A stretch of 64,000 nt of DNA from Raillietiella orientalis (GCA_036172245.1 JAYWIR010000006.1:682001-746000); one strand, 5' to 3'. Numbered from the stretch's first letter, positions 25,606-38,355 are shown. The notes: generated by a model from the letters alone, not told the origin. A program made the numbers and translations.

Positions 25606-28600
25606 CCGAAAGTTAATTCGCGTAGCGTACGAGTAGGATTCACTGCGATCGTACTGACCCTGTATAGCCCTCAGGCAAGATGACGCTCCCAACCGCGTGA
25701 ACCCGCGGACGATCCCTACTTGCACCCCTGATTGGTTACTCCTCTCGTTCTGGTAGCTCCTGGAATTTCGTCTGATGCAGGGTGCCACCTATTTTCTTTC
25801 TGGAGCACGAAGCTGCTTCCGCAGAGTGCCCAAAGATGGCTGCAGAAGCGGTTTTTTGCAATACGAGGGATGATCTTGCCTTGGGAAACGCAGGGTTAAA
25901 ATTCGATGCTTTACGTTCTCTCCATCCGAAGTGACAAGCCAAACCACTTCCAATGGTCGAAAGGGAACCTTGACTTGTCCCCAAGGGAACGAAATAAGCA
26001 CGGGACAGCTCTCGTTGGGCCGACTCTGAAGGGGCGTTGGAAGGCGCGCACAGGGTGCTGCAGACAACTTCGAGAGCTGCAACACCATTGGAAGAGAGCG
26101 AGGAGTTATACTTCCACCGTCTCTGTTCCTCTTCCTCGTCTCAAGAGGTTCAAGATGGCTCCGTGAGAAAATTGACGCGACCATCGGCAAGGATCGAACG
26201 CCAAGACACCACCGGCTCTTTCTCCCTTCCTTCCGGTCCTGCGCGTTTGGGCAAAGCGCGCGCGGCCCTCTCCGCGACGACCATCCGTCGGCTCGGGAGA
26301 ACTCACTGACGCCCTCCAGGTCCTCCTGATCGGTGGGTCCCTCGTCTCCGTTCCCTTCGCTCGCGGGTCGCTGGAAGGACCCAAGCCATCCTTCTTGGGA
26401 GCGGCGGGACAACAGAACTGTTCGCTTCCCTGATGCCAGCTGTCCTCCCGAAGAAGTGCGCCGACGGGAGACGAGCACCGGTGGGAGTTCCTCCTGTCCA
26501 CCTCCCTCACTCCCTTCCAGCCGCCGCGGAGAGTCCCGGATGAGGACAGGAGCCTCTTTCTCCTCAATCCAGACTCTCCTCGCCGGAAGCAAAGGAGCCC
26601 CCGGAGATGTCTTGGGGGCTGTGGCCGGGCTCTCACTCGTAGCCCTCGCCCCACGTTCCTCCTCTTTCCCTGAGGGACGCTCCTCGGCCTCTCGATCCTT
26701 CGTGGGGGAAGGGAGCCTCTCCTGGAGAGGCCACAGGCACGTGAGAGGCTACTGGGCGTTTCCCAGACGAGCGACTCTGCGGAGAAAAGGGGACGGGGCG
26801 AAGGGGGTTGCCTCTCCCGACGTCCGTGCATGGCTGCCGCGGCGACGCGCGCGCTCTGGAGTCGGTGACCTTCCTGCCTCCGGCACGTCCTCGCTTAGGG
26901 AAGGTGGGAGAGTCGGAGAGGGTAGAGGAGAGGAGGGAGGTGAACTCGCGGCACCCCCTCAGAGGGCATTGTCTCCCTTCACTTCCTTCCATTGGTCCTG
27001 GCGCCCAGCGCTTCCCAGAGAAAGTAGAAGTCGACAGCCGGACGCAGCTGCACTCCGGCCGAGTTAGCCGCTGCCGCAACACCAGGAAGGCCTGGAGTCC
27101 CAGAGACCACCACCCCACCTCCCGAAGAGGGAAGAATATGCGGCCTTTGAAGACCCTTAAGAGCTCCCTCGAAGGAATGGAGTGGACCACCTCCCACTGC
27201 ATTCAGCCCTGACAACCGTTTCCAGAGGACGCACCGTCTAACGGAGGACCTCGGATTCCAGGGAATCTGGAAGCCTTCAATACCGAATGGGGTCCCCCCA
27301 AGAACCGGACTTCCCCTATCCCTCCTCCTCTCCTCGTGCGGGGACATGCAGGCCTCCAGACTGGGTGTCCTGGAAGGGCCCGCTCCTTTCCTTCCCTCCT
27401 TCCTTTCTTTCCAGCTCCCTCCCCACTTTCTTTCCCTGCATTCTTCTGGCGGGAGCAAACTCCGTGGGTCCGTCCTAGGGAGCTGTGAGGATCCCAAGCA
27501 GCGAGCTTTTCCGGGACCTCCATCCGGGAGCGATCCCTGTTCCCCAGAACCTTTCCCCGGTACTGCCCCAGCTTGCTCCTTCCACGAAGTCCCTCATCTG
27601 GAGAATTCATCCAGCTTCTTCCCCGGTTTCGTTTGTCTGTTTCTCCGGGGTGCTTTTCCATCTCTCGAGAGCATCCTGGAGAATCCACTGGTCCTGGGGT
27701 GACCGCTTCTCTTCCTCCTTCCCTCTCCCCCGCTCACCTTCACGCATCCTGCAACGGGGACCCTACTTGCTTTGACGGACCATCAAGGGAGACTCGAATG
27801 TGACGGCAACGTCCCTGGAGAACTCGAAAGACGTAACTCTGTGAAAGACGGAGCCAGAAACGCTTGCATCTGCCTCTGTTCCCGTTTTCGGTCTCGGCAT
27901 CCCCCAGTTTCCAAAGGAAACGCCAACTATCCGATGCTCAATTGAAGGTAGGTCGCATGGTCCAAATGTTTTCTCATGTGGAAAAGCGAGCCGAGCGGAG
28001 GAGGGATGACGAAGATCGGTAAGGAGAAAGGTAGCGTTGGACCGTTCAGAAGAGGAAGAGGAGGGGAAGAGACGATGCCAGTATGGATGCAGGATGCAGC
28101 AGCCGCTCTCAGAGTGGGGAGGGAAGCTTGCAATAAAACTGCGGGTCAAGGGATATGGAAGGGCGACGATCACTGGTTGTGGAGAGTCCGGGGTGAAGGG
28201 GTGAGCTGTTAGTCAAATCGCGTCGATAGCGTCCTTCGTTCTTTCTCCACCCATCGCAGCCTCCTTGGCTTACTGCCGCATTTTTTGCTTTCCGGTGGTT
28301 GATCCTGGTGACTGCATCCATTCGTCCAGCTGCTGTCCACAAGAAGGCAGCAACGAAACCGAATCGGTGGGATTCTTCGTCGTGAGAGTAGAAAATCAGC
28401 TCCCTTCGAAAATAGATTTTTCCATGCTGCTAAGCCAAGAACTTGTCTTTTGCGATCGGCTAAGGTGATCGAGGATGCTCTTGACAGAGCACATGTAGCG
28501 GAAAGCACCGGCGAGATTATTCCAATCGCGGATGAACAGTTTCGAGTGCTGGTCTCAAGTTAATTGAAAGTTCCTTTCTCAGAGATTCACCAGCAGTTCG

Positions 28601-28906
28601 GAAAAATCTGGGAGGTTTCTGGAATAGCGCAAGCAGATCCAAAGGTTTCTCTTAACAGATGCTTGTAGAATTAATGGTTTTCTTTCCAATGATCCACATG
28701 ATTTTGGAAACTGGATCATTCCATTCGAAATGGTTTCCTGCGAAATGAAATTGACTCCGTCTCAATAAACTCGAATTAGGATTACTTTTTAGATAAAATT
28801 AGCTATGAAAGAAATCTTATCTTTATGTGGTAAGCTGCTTGGTTCAAGAGTTGATAAACGAGCATCACAAACTGTTTTTTTTTTTAGTTTTTTCACTTAT
28901 TAATTT

Positions 28907-29002
28907 CTGATGCCACATTTGCATCTGTGGAAACAAATTGCCTAGATCCGGAAGAGTCCCACAGGATTCTTTTTCGGTTATCATCCAGACTGCAATAGGA
29001 TT
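28907..29002 (+). repeat. Duplicated ~100-bp structured motif, copy 1 (candidate H/ACA-like RNA or small element)
   Basis: Aligns with 30711-30810; shared core CACATTTGYATCTGTGGAAACAAATTGYCTAGATYCRGAAGAGTCCYACAGGAT. Confidence 0.75.
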
Positions 29003-30121
29003 TCAGTTTGAAAACGCAAGATGTTTGGTTCTTCTTATTCGTTGCGAGCTACGCAGTGAACCCAACAGTCATGTTTTACCTGAGGACCTGAGATGAGAAA
29101 AGTAACCTCCATGGATCCCGAAGACGAATGCAACTCCCAACGCACCTTGGAAATGGAGCAATCCTCACACAAGCCCACCCTGGCAGAAGTTCAAAAAGGA
29201 AAGAAAAAAAAAAAAAAGAAGCTCCAGAAGCTTAATGAGTTCAAGTCGTGCAGAAGATGCTCGAAAACACAGTCAGATGCAAGAGTTCGCGGATGGAAAC
29301 TCTTCAACACCTGGATCCTAGAGTTTTAAAGTTTCGTACTCACGTACATAATGTAATCCGTAAGCAAAGTTGAATCCGGCAATGCTGCAAGAAACGGGCA
29401 AATCATGCCCTCCCCCCCCCCCTCTTTCTTGTTTTCCCACGTCGAGGGAAGAGCCCAGGTTTTCCAGAAGGCAGGAAGTTTGCGGGCTTGCGGGAAGTGT
29501 CCCCCTTGCTGCAAACTGCGCCCCGTTGTCCGTCTGGAAAATCGACAAGCGTGTAAAACCGTCACGCGTGGCCGTACTTTGCACGTCGGCGGTGTGTTCC
29601 TTTCGGCGGCGGCGGAAGTGTGAGGCTGCGGTGCAGGCGGAGTGCGGGCGGAAAACACACAATCTCCACAATTCGATAGCTGGCACGGGAAGACCAGGTC
29701 CTCCTCCTGCCTTCGTGTTTGTGTGATTTGCGAGATACCAGGCAGCAGCGGCCCCCCACCTCTCCCCACAGTTGTGCTGATTGCAATTTGAAAGCTTCGA
29801 AACTCGCATAAGAAGGAATTTTTTTTTTTTTTTTTTCCTGCTTGTGACTTCGGAACCGGACGAGATCCGTGGGCATTACCTACATGGCTTTCCAAGAAAC
29901 CTTTGTTCTTTAAGGAAAGCCTCCTTTTTTTTTTTGCACCAAATTGAGTTTGGAATTGCATTGAATTTAATGGTTTCATTTTTTCTTCAGAGAATAATTT
30001 GTTTTGGACCATGAATTAAAGTCTTAAAAGGACATTGCGTATACCTCGTACAGGCTATGTATAGTCTTCATATACAAGCAAATTAACGTATGTTAATAAA
30101 TATGTAATAGTAGTTTTTAGA

Positions 30122-32914
30122 ATGGATGCCTTATTAAAGGAAAGAGATGCTTTTAAAAAAAAAGCTTTGGCCCTACCAGTGTAAGTGTTCCTCATGGTCC
30201 TTTCTATTGATTTTTTGGGGGGATTTACTGTAAGAGCTAAATGTTATATGAAACCATAATTGAGAATAATTAATAAGTAAATAATTATTCATTTTCAGTG
30301 CAGCAAATTTGTATGAATATTTTGTTTTCCATTTTGGCAATATAAACTTACTGTATGCAATTCCCTGTGCTCTGTACATCCATTAGATTTTTCGAATTTA
30401 CCCACATCAGGTTTTCTTATCTGACTCCTGTATCGTTTGGTGGACCAAAGTTATCTCTGCATCCCCTATTAAAGTTGCTTTATTTGTTAAAAGTGAACAT
30501 TCAAATTAGCGGAAAAAAATATGAAAAGGGAATTTAGTTTTTTCGTGTGTTTGTACAGATCATGTGGTTGAACAATGCCTATTGGCAGTATCTTTGTTAC
30601 TGAGAAGCCTATTTCACAAACTAAAGTATTGCTTGAGAATACTAAAAGTAAAACAAATATTAATTTTTTTTCGTTTTTAATTTCAATCAGTAACCAGCAG
30701 AAGCTGGTTACTGATTGTCACATTTGTATCTGTGGAAACAAATTGTCTAGATTCAGAAGAGTCCTACAGGATACTTTTCCATTTATTCTTTTTCAGATTA
30801 TAATAGGATTCAACAATTACATTGTTGAAGCATACTTTTTTTACCCTCAAAATCTGTAAACATTTGAACAATTTGCCTCAAAGACATTTGATAACAGCCA
30901 TCACAGATTTGCATCATGGTTTGGTTTTAAAGAAGTCACACATACGAAAAAACAACTCGTGATTGTACCTAGAACACAATCCAGTATCAAGTTGCACTAA
31001 TGTGATTCCACATTGCATTCTCATGTTTCTCATAGAAAGTTTCTAAAGGAAAGATTATTGTTTTTTGTATGTCAAAATCATTTGTATTTCTGGTTATATT
31101 CTTTCTGTTTTCATATTGTTAACATGTTATGGAATCAAAGTTGCTTCACTTTCCCTGCAAACACAGTATAGTCTCCAATGAGTGATATAGTTTTCATTCA
31201 CAAGCAAATTCTAGTGTAATGAGGGATTATTTTTAATTGTGTTCTATTTTGGTATTCTTGATAACAAATAGATCACAATTGAATTGTTTGATTAAGTGAA
31301 CTGAGCATCAATTAGATCAGCTAGATAACAAGGTGTGATTGAACTATGGCTTCAAGAATATGAAAGGCTGCTTTGGGGGCTGCTTCAAAAACAGTGCTTA
31401 TGAGAGCTCATACTTTGAAGATATCTGTTTTTAAACCTAGCAGTGTAACCTGTGGTGTTACTTTGGTGTTAGTTTCCAGTCTTGTGTGTGTGTGCAGGAA
31501 GTTTTTTTTTTACTTAAGGTGTCAAGTGCTGAGTTCTTAATTACAGAGTGCAGCATATTCTGTTTTGTTATTCAAATAATGTTCTTAATCGTTTTTCATT
31601 TAGAAAAGCTTCTTTCAAGATTTTCGGTGCATTGTGCTTGTAATTCTGTACAGTGAAAACACACCTAACAGACACTAGATCTAGTCTTTAGCACTTGAAA
31701 ATCACCACATAAAAAGATTGTAGCTTGATTTTTTTAACTTCTTTTGCAAATTGGAATATTGAGTTTGGCAAATATAGAGTTCAGGGTAACTGCATTTGTT
31801 GAATACTCCATGGGATTAGTTTTCATATTATTTTAATTTTGTATTTAAAATTTTGCATCAGAAAAAGTAGATTTTCTCATGGATTCTTGACTTGGAATTG
31901 ACTGATAAATCTGTCAAGTTACTATTCTGATACAATATATTTGCTTTTTTTGTAAAAAAAAAATTACCAGTAGAAATTCATTGCAGCTTTTTGATTTTTG
32001 TGAATGTTTTTGTGAAAGAACAAAGTTATTAAATAATCATTGTATGCTTATCCAGAGTTGAGAATCGCAAAAAGAAACATGCTTCACCTCCTGAACCTAT
32101 TAAAAAAAAGCCTGCAACTGGTGGACTGGATCAGTTCAAGTAATGTTAGACATTATTGCATATATCAAATGATTGTACTGGTTTGTTGCAGCTACAAATC
32201 CATGTCAGGCAGCTCGCAGTACAAATTTGGTGTACTGGCTAAAGTGGTGAAGTATATGAAGCAGCGACATCAGGATGGTGATATGCATCCGTTGACTTTA
32301 GAAGAAATTTTGGATGAGACCAATCAGTTGGATGTAGGATCTAAAATCAAGCATTGGCTGCAAAATGAAGCCTTGAGGAACAATCCCAAAATTGAAGAAA
32401 CTCTAGATGGAAGGTTTCTCTTCAAACCACCCTATAAGATCAAAGATCGTAAGAGTTTATTAAGACTGTTGAAACAATATGACCTGAAAGGAATGGGAGG
32501 TATTTTGCTGGAGGATATTCAGGAGTCATTACCTCATGCCGAAAAAGCACTAAAAGTGAGTGAGAAACATGCTTTGATTCACGGGGGCAGGCTCTCTCTG
32601 ATGACTTGCTTCTTGTCACCAGGATTGTTGACAAAAAATTGGTAGTTTTTTATAATGATCGCAATTGCCAGTTTGTTGTGGATGAAGAATTCCAAAAACA
32701 GTGGCGTGCAGTGACCGTTGATAGTGTTGATGATGCAAAAATAGAAGAATATTTACAGAGACAGGGCATCCGTTCCATGAAGGATCATGCCCCCAGCCAT
32801 AGGGTTACTGCCATCAAGCGTAAAAAAACAGCGCAGAAAAGACGCCAACAGAAACGCACCAGAGATAACGAACATTTAGCAGATCTGCTGGAGAATTATG
32901 AAGAACATGCATGA
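30122..32914 (+). CDS. GTF2E2: General transcription factor IIE subunit beta (TFIIE-beta), 276 aa
   Basis: Exons 30122-30180 ([19 protein letters not shown]), 32056-32139, 32192-32555 ([53 protein letters not shown]) and 32591-32914 ([33 protein letters not shown]). Total 831 nt in frame. AATAAA at 33053-33058. Confidence 0.97.
30711..30815 (+). repeat. Duplicated ~100-bp structured motif, copy 2 (candidate H/ACA-like RNA), in TFIIE-beta intron
   Basis: Homologous to 28907-29002. ANANNA box AAACAA at 30736-30741, AAGAGTCC/GGATACTT hairpin, ACA at 30813-30815. Confidence 0.7.
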
Positions 32915-34363
32915 ATCGCATTCCATAATATCAGTTTTTAAATCAGGATCAACTTCGGGAAGATGTGCAATCAGGATTGTGAATAAGGGCAGATATCTCT
33001 CGGCTGTGTTAATCGTATTCTATAAATCCAAAAAAAGAGCTAACAAATTCGTAATAAAATGCTACCTATTATGTTTATATTTTGGTAGTTGCTTTGTATG
33101 TATTGTAAATGATTTTCCCGTGGAACTTTCAAAACTTTTAGCAAACAAAAACTGAATTGCAAACCCAGTCATTCGTAACGAGTATAAGATCAGCGTACGA
33201 GCAAGAAATGCAGGTGCATGAACTTAATGTATGTGACACAGTAAAGAAAAAATAAAGTGAATGCATTGCTACTGGAGTTTTGTATTTTTGTTCAGTTCTG
33301 GGTACGTAATCAGTTAAGCCGGTATTCCAAGAACCCTTGGCAGTCCGCGCATATTTATTCGTTCGTGATGTGTTATGCATCTCGAAGCTGGCGAATCATT
33401 GGGAGGGGTGGGGCCTCTCTCGATCCGGCTCGGTTTAGATCTGTCAGATTACGTGCTGCAGCCGGAAGAGAGGAATGAGACTTTCGCTTTCGTAGTCCGC
33501 CACACTTTCGGCTGGATGGATTCCAGTGTGAACTCGGAACAGGACACGCTCCTGAATTCTGACGTAGGCAGTCGGGAATCGAAGATCACGCATTCCCCTT
33601 TGGCTTCGTTCTTGTTCGGCTGCAGCGCCTTGAAGAGCGACCACTTGGTCCACATTCATCTCCTGAGGTGAATTCCCCGAGTTCGAAGCGCAACTGTTTG
33701 CTCCTTTTTGCACACGGTCGCCTTCTCCTCTCCTCTCCCACGTCTGCTATCCAACTTGTAAGCAACCGTTGTGCACTGAAAGCCTTGGGAAGACCAGCAG
33801 GGTGGTTTTGCAGCCAAAACCAAGAGCGAATCGTTAAGATGGAACCTTTCTTGAAATGCAGTCCTGAGTAAACTGTTTCTCGCATTGCTTATGAAAGGGA
33901 ACTACTCTCTTCACTCATGGTGAATAAGCTACCAGTCAGTTTTTTTTTTTTTTCTTGCAAAGATGCACCGCGTTTTCATGGTTTCCAGGTTTTTCTTGCG
34001 TGTATCCTCGATTTCCTCTGGCGTAAGTGATACATAGGGAAGAAAGCTTCCGAACTTGCTGAAAACATTCTTTTTTTTTTTTTTTTGAAATAGGGCGAGC
34101 AAAGTCGATTTCCACTTTAATGCGATCAGCTATTACGTAGCATTTTAACGAACTTCATTTGAATGTTTTGGACTCAACAGTTTCGAGAAAAAATCACTTT
34201 CTCATGCCTTTTTTAGGGAATTATTTTTTTTTTTTTGTTGGGGGGGGGGGGGGAGGGTCAAATATGCACCCGATTGATAATAAATAGCTACTTAGGGCTT
34301 GACAATATAATAAGTATAGCTCGATGTTCTATTTTTCTGCTTCTCTCTTCTTCAATCTCTAGA

Positions 34364-34572
34364 GATTCTTTGTCATAGTTTGCCTTCTCTTAATCACTTT
34401 TCTGCCATTCAACATCATAGTTTCTTAATATCAAGCCCGATTATTAAGACACTGAATAAATTTTCAAGCTGGCCTACATTTTTTATCCCCATCAGGCCTA
34501 GAAGTTCCCATCACTCTCAGGGAGTTGCATGTGAAAGTTACATCCCGTGGCTCCTTCCTTTTTTTTTTTTTT
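34364..34572 (+). repeat. Left arm of a near-perfect inverted duplication
   Basis: Reverse complement of 35481-35691 with two substitutions and a different homopolymer length. The same spurious peptide MPSLNHFSAIQHH.. appears on opposite strands in the ORF track. Confidence 0.97.
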
Positions 34573-35480
34573 CCATCAAGTACTTGTCATGCGAGCTACA
34601 TTGCAATTCAGCAAAGTGCGACAGCTGAAACACTAGAAATTTAGGAAGGTGGCACACCCATCCGAAGAAGCCATAGATGCAAACTGCATGTTAGCGGTAT
34701 TTTGAAAGTTTCCTTAACAGTGAGCAGAGAGACCGCTTAGACCAATTAGAAAATAGAGAGTTTTCTCTGGTCAGTTGAGGGAACACGGCTAGGTCTTTCC
34801 CGTGAGAATAGGAGAAAAGCACCCTTTCTGCAAATACACTTTGTGTTCCGTTCTCCGCTCCGGGAATTCCCTACCGCTCCTCTGCAAGGCAATTATCCGA
34901 GAGTCTTCTTTGAGTCCACCCAGACAGAATTTACCAAGGAATTTGAAGTTAAATTCATCTACATTGGCATACGGAATTAGGAGCAATTTTAGCCCTTAAC
35001 AGCATGGGAGGTTCATACCTGCAAATGAAGCAATAATGTAAGTAAGATGTATCTGTGGATGCTGGAAATTTTCAAGAGAAGAGGTTGTTTCAACATTAAG
35101 AGAAGTATGCTAATGCTCATCTTAGGTAAATAGGGATAGAAGCATCTGTGAGTAATTCACCCAGTGAAGGTGGTGATTACCAAACAATGTGATTGGTAAT
35201 GGTGTGGAATGATGGAATTCTGGAATGTGAATGGATGATGGATGTGAATTGTGGAATGAGGAACGATTTGGCTGCAGAATATGAAACATAAAACCATTTT
35301 CCCGGTTTATTCCGTGGAATAATTTTCATTTTCAACTTCATTTTTGTCAAATGCAAGCTAAAGTTGTAAGCCTGTATAGAATAGGTGAGAAAAAAATAGC
35401 CAACTTTTCCTTGACAAGACTCCTTACAGAGCTATGAACGTCAGATAGAGGAATGAACCACCAAGATTTCTTTTTCTGCC

Positions 35481-35691
35481 AAAAAAAAAAAAAAAAGGAA
35501 GGAGCCACGGGATGTAACTTTCACATGCAACTCCCTGAGAGTGATGGGAACTTTTAGGCCTGATGGGGATAAAAAATGTAGGCCAGCTTGAAAATTTATT
35601 CAGTGTCTTAATAATCGGGCTTGATATTAAGAAACTATGATGTTGAATGGCAGAAAAGTGATTAAGCGAAGGCAAACTATGACAAAGAATC
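35481..35691 (-). repeat. Right arm of the inverted duplication
   Basis: See left arm; spacer 34573-35480. Confidence 0.97.
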
Positions 35692-35790
35692 CTTTTCCAT
35701 GCTCCGGCGAATTTGTGTGCTGCTTCAAGATGGTTCGTTGCAAATTACGTATCGAGTCCATTTTTTTGACTTTATTTTTCATGGGAGCTG

Positions 35791-35792
<2 letters not shown>

Positions 35793-35826
<34 letters not shown>

Positions 35827-36437
35827 GCGTATGGTTTATTTCGTGATCGATTTGTACTGGAGCAATATTTGTACTATTTACGAGCATGCCGACGGTAGCT
35901 TCAACACATGTCCACTTGCACTTGGTTTCATGATCATCAATGATATCCATCTGTTGGTCCCGATCGTGAAGAATAAATGTGTTTTTGAAATTGATGTACG
36001 TCGTGAGGTCACCAATGAAAAGCAAATGTCCGTTGAAATTCATTGTACAGGCATACATAGCACAGAAATATACACGTGCATGTGCCTCATCTCAACTTCA
36101 GTCCCACCTCAGATAGTAGGGTGAACATAGTAAGGTGAACTTTCAGTAATCTTTTGTTCCAATTTAAAAGCATTGGCCAATCATGGCTCAGTAATACGCT
36201 TTGCAAGTTGTATAATACCACACGTGCTAAGTGAAGAAAAGGGTTGATTAAAGGCAAAAGAAAATGAAAGATATTTGGCTAACGACTTCCGTTAAAAAGT
36301 ATCTTCCAACCTTCCTGACCAGCTGTGCAGTGCTGTGTGGTGAAGAATATGAGAGGATTCGTTGTCTCGCTCCAGTATCACCCCCCTCCCCTCCTCTCAT
36401 CCTGTAGATTTCGAGAGAAATTATTCTTGATTTAAAC
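35793..36437 (-). mobile_element. Poly(A)-tailed retroposed insertion (3' end clear, 5' boundary tentative)
   Basis: The minus strand reads AATAAA (35840-35835), then CCATACGCTGT, then A31 (35823-35793). AGCTGCAT flanks the tail and recurs at 36438-36445 as a possible TSD. Confidence 0.5.
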
Positions 36438-37106
36438 AGCTGCATCTTTATTTGCAATTTCTGTGGTTCTTATTCAAAAATCTTAGTCCCTTCATGCTCA
36501 CGATTGCGAACAGCCTAATCCGATCCAGCTGTTTTAGAATGCAGGTCATTCGTTTTCTATCCAAGATTAGTAAGATTGCTTTCTGAAAATATTAATGAAG
36601 ATGCTGCCATAGATGAGAGCACGAAAAGTCACTCTGGACCGTTTTCATCAGGTTGCAAACACCCTACAATGAACAGGCAGTCACATTAGAGCTTTCCCTA
36701 TCCACTCCTACAAAGCACATCCACATGTTCGGGTGAGCTTTGTGTTCTTTCTTCGTCCACCCTTGAGACCTGTTGCCTTGGGAATTATTGGTCATCCTAT
36801 CGTGCTGACCGGCAAATGTTTTTGTTGTGCTTTGATTGCTTGAGCTGGAATAGAGTTTATTTGCAAAAGTTCCTTTTCGCTACTTTTCGAAATTTCAGTT
36901 GGTTTCCCGGTTTAGTTGACTGGAATTTTTTTTTTTTTTTTTTTTTATCTTGAGAAAACAACGCTTTTGTGCAATGGGAGCACTTCTGGATTCAGGGGAA
37001 CCCTTGCTATGTAGTTATTCAAGCTTGTAAAGATACTGTGTCGGAAGAAAAAGCGTACTAAAAACACAAATAATAGAATGAACTCAACTGCAATCCCTTC
37101 TATTCC

Positions 37107-37144
<38 letters not shown>

Positions 37145-38351
37145 GTTACTGCTACATTTACCTTTTCCTCAATACTGAATTTTTTCCCGTAAATTTTCCA
37201 AGACATTTACTTGCGTTCACTTTCACTTCGTACATTGAATTCGAAATTCAGTTCGTAGACCAAAAACACACCATGTTCTCTGAAGGTATCTCTGTTTGTA
37301 TGAATGATGGGTATTGAATGCATCGTGGAAGTAGCATCAAAACAAATAGATATTTACAAACGAGGTCAAAAATCTTAATTGCCATGTGTTTCTCACTGTA
37401 TTCATTTGCGCAAGGCAAACGAATACAATGTTGCCTTGCGGTCAGCTCTTCCTTGAAAGGTCATCTGAGAAGCAGCACCCATTGCATTTTTCTGCAGAGT
37501 TCCTTCAGTTTCAGTATGCTGCGGTACAAGTTCGCCAAAAAGACACCTATGCATCCTAAAAGGACTTTATTTACTTATTCAGAGAATTCTTACCATTTGG
37601 GATGCGGTCAAGAAATCTTATGACTTGAGGAGGTTCGACATTCCTCAAATTGGATCAGTTCTTGCTTCAAAGCACATCAAGTCCCCCTCTCCATTTGAAA
37701 TATGAATAATTCATAGAATGGTCCTCAGGATCCTATTAACGATGAAATTGCCAAGTAAAACGGACGTCATAAATCAGCTCTCCAGAAGAGAAATCAAGCC
37801 AAATCAGCTTTGTTCTTCAAACCAATTTAGAATTGTCTTTTGCCAGCTTGACATGCTTCTACGAAAGTAAAATTAGTGAGTCATAAAGCCACGAATTTAC
37901 GTTGTGGAAATACGCATGAAACCACAGGGTCTGAGCTTCTGTTTACGCTCGTGAGCTCTGAGTATATAACTTACCTTGAAATGAATGTAGCGTTTGTCGA
38001 GAAGTCCCGATGAGCACTCAGTGTGATGAAAATGGAGGGTGTTTCATTAATTTGCATGTTTCTGTTAGCTCTGCTTGCTTCGCCCATATTTTGAGAGGGG
38101 AAGAGAAGCCCTGGAGCACCTCGATCAGGTGGCATTGTATAAATTATGGTATTTTTTCCCTTTCGCTCTTTTCCCTACGATCACGGAGTGAGGTATAACG
38201 AGGAGGGTTGGGTTCCCTTCACCTGCTGCTGCGCTGTCCTCCGCCATTGCATGCGAGCTTTCCCACCGTCTCTTGTGCATTTGTCCGGAACTCCCAGCGG
38301 GTTGTTAGCATCCAAAACTTGTTCTCTAGAATTTTCCAATCTGCACGAGAA

Positions 38352-38355
<4 letters not shown>

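Noticed and set aside
15000..28500. Many long overlapping ORFs (200-370 aa) on both strands
   Set aside because: Arg/Pro/Gly/Ser-rich shadow ORFs expected in GC-rich, stop-poor DNA. Real coding here is explained by the short GILT exons.
33375..33885. Overlapping ORFs downstream of TFIIE-beta
   Set aside because: No recognisable domain and no supported splice links.
34380..35675. Two near-identical ORFs MPSLNHFSAIQHH.. on opposite strands
   Set aside because: By-product of the inverted duplication: TTG starts, running into poly-T, no coding signature.
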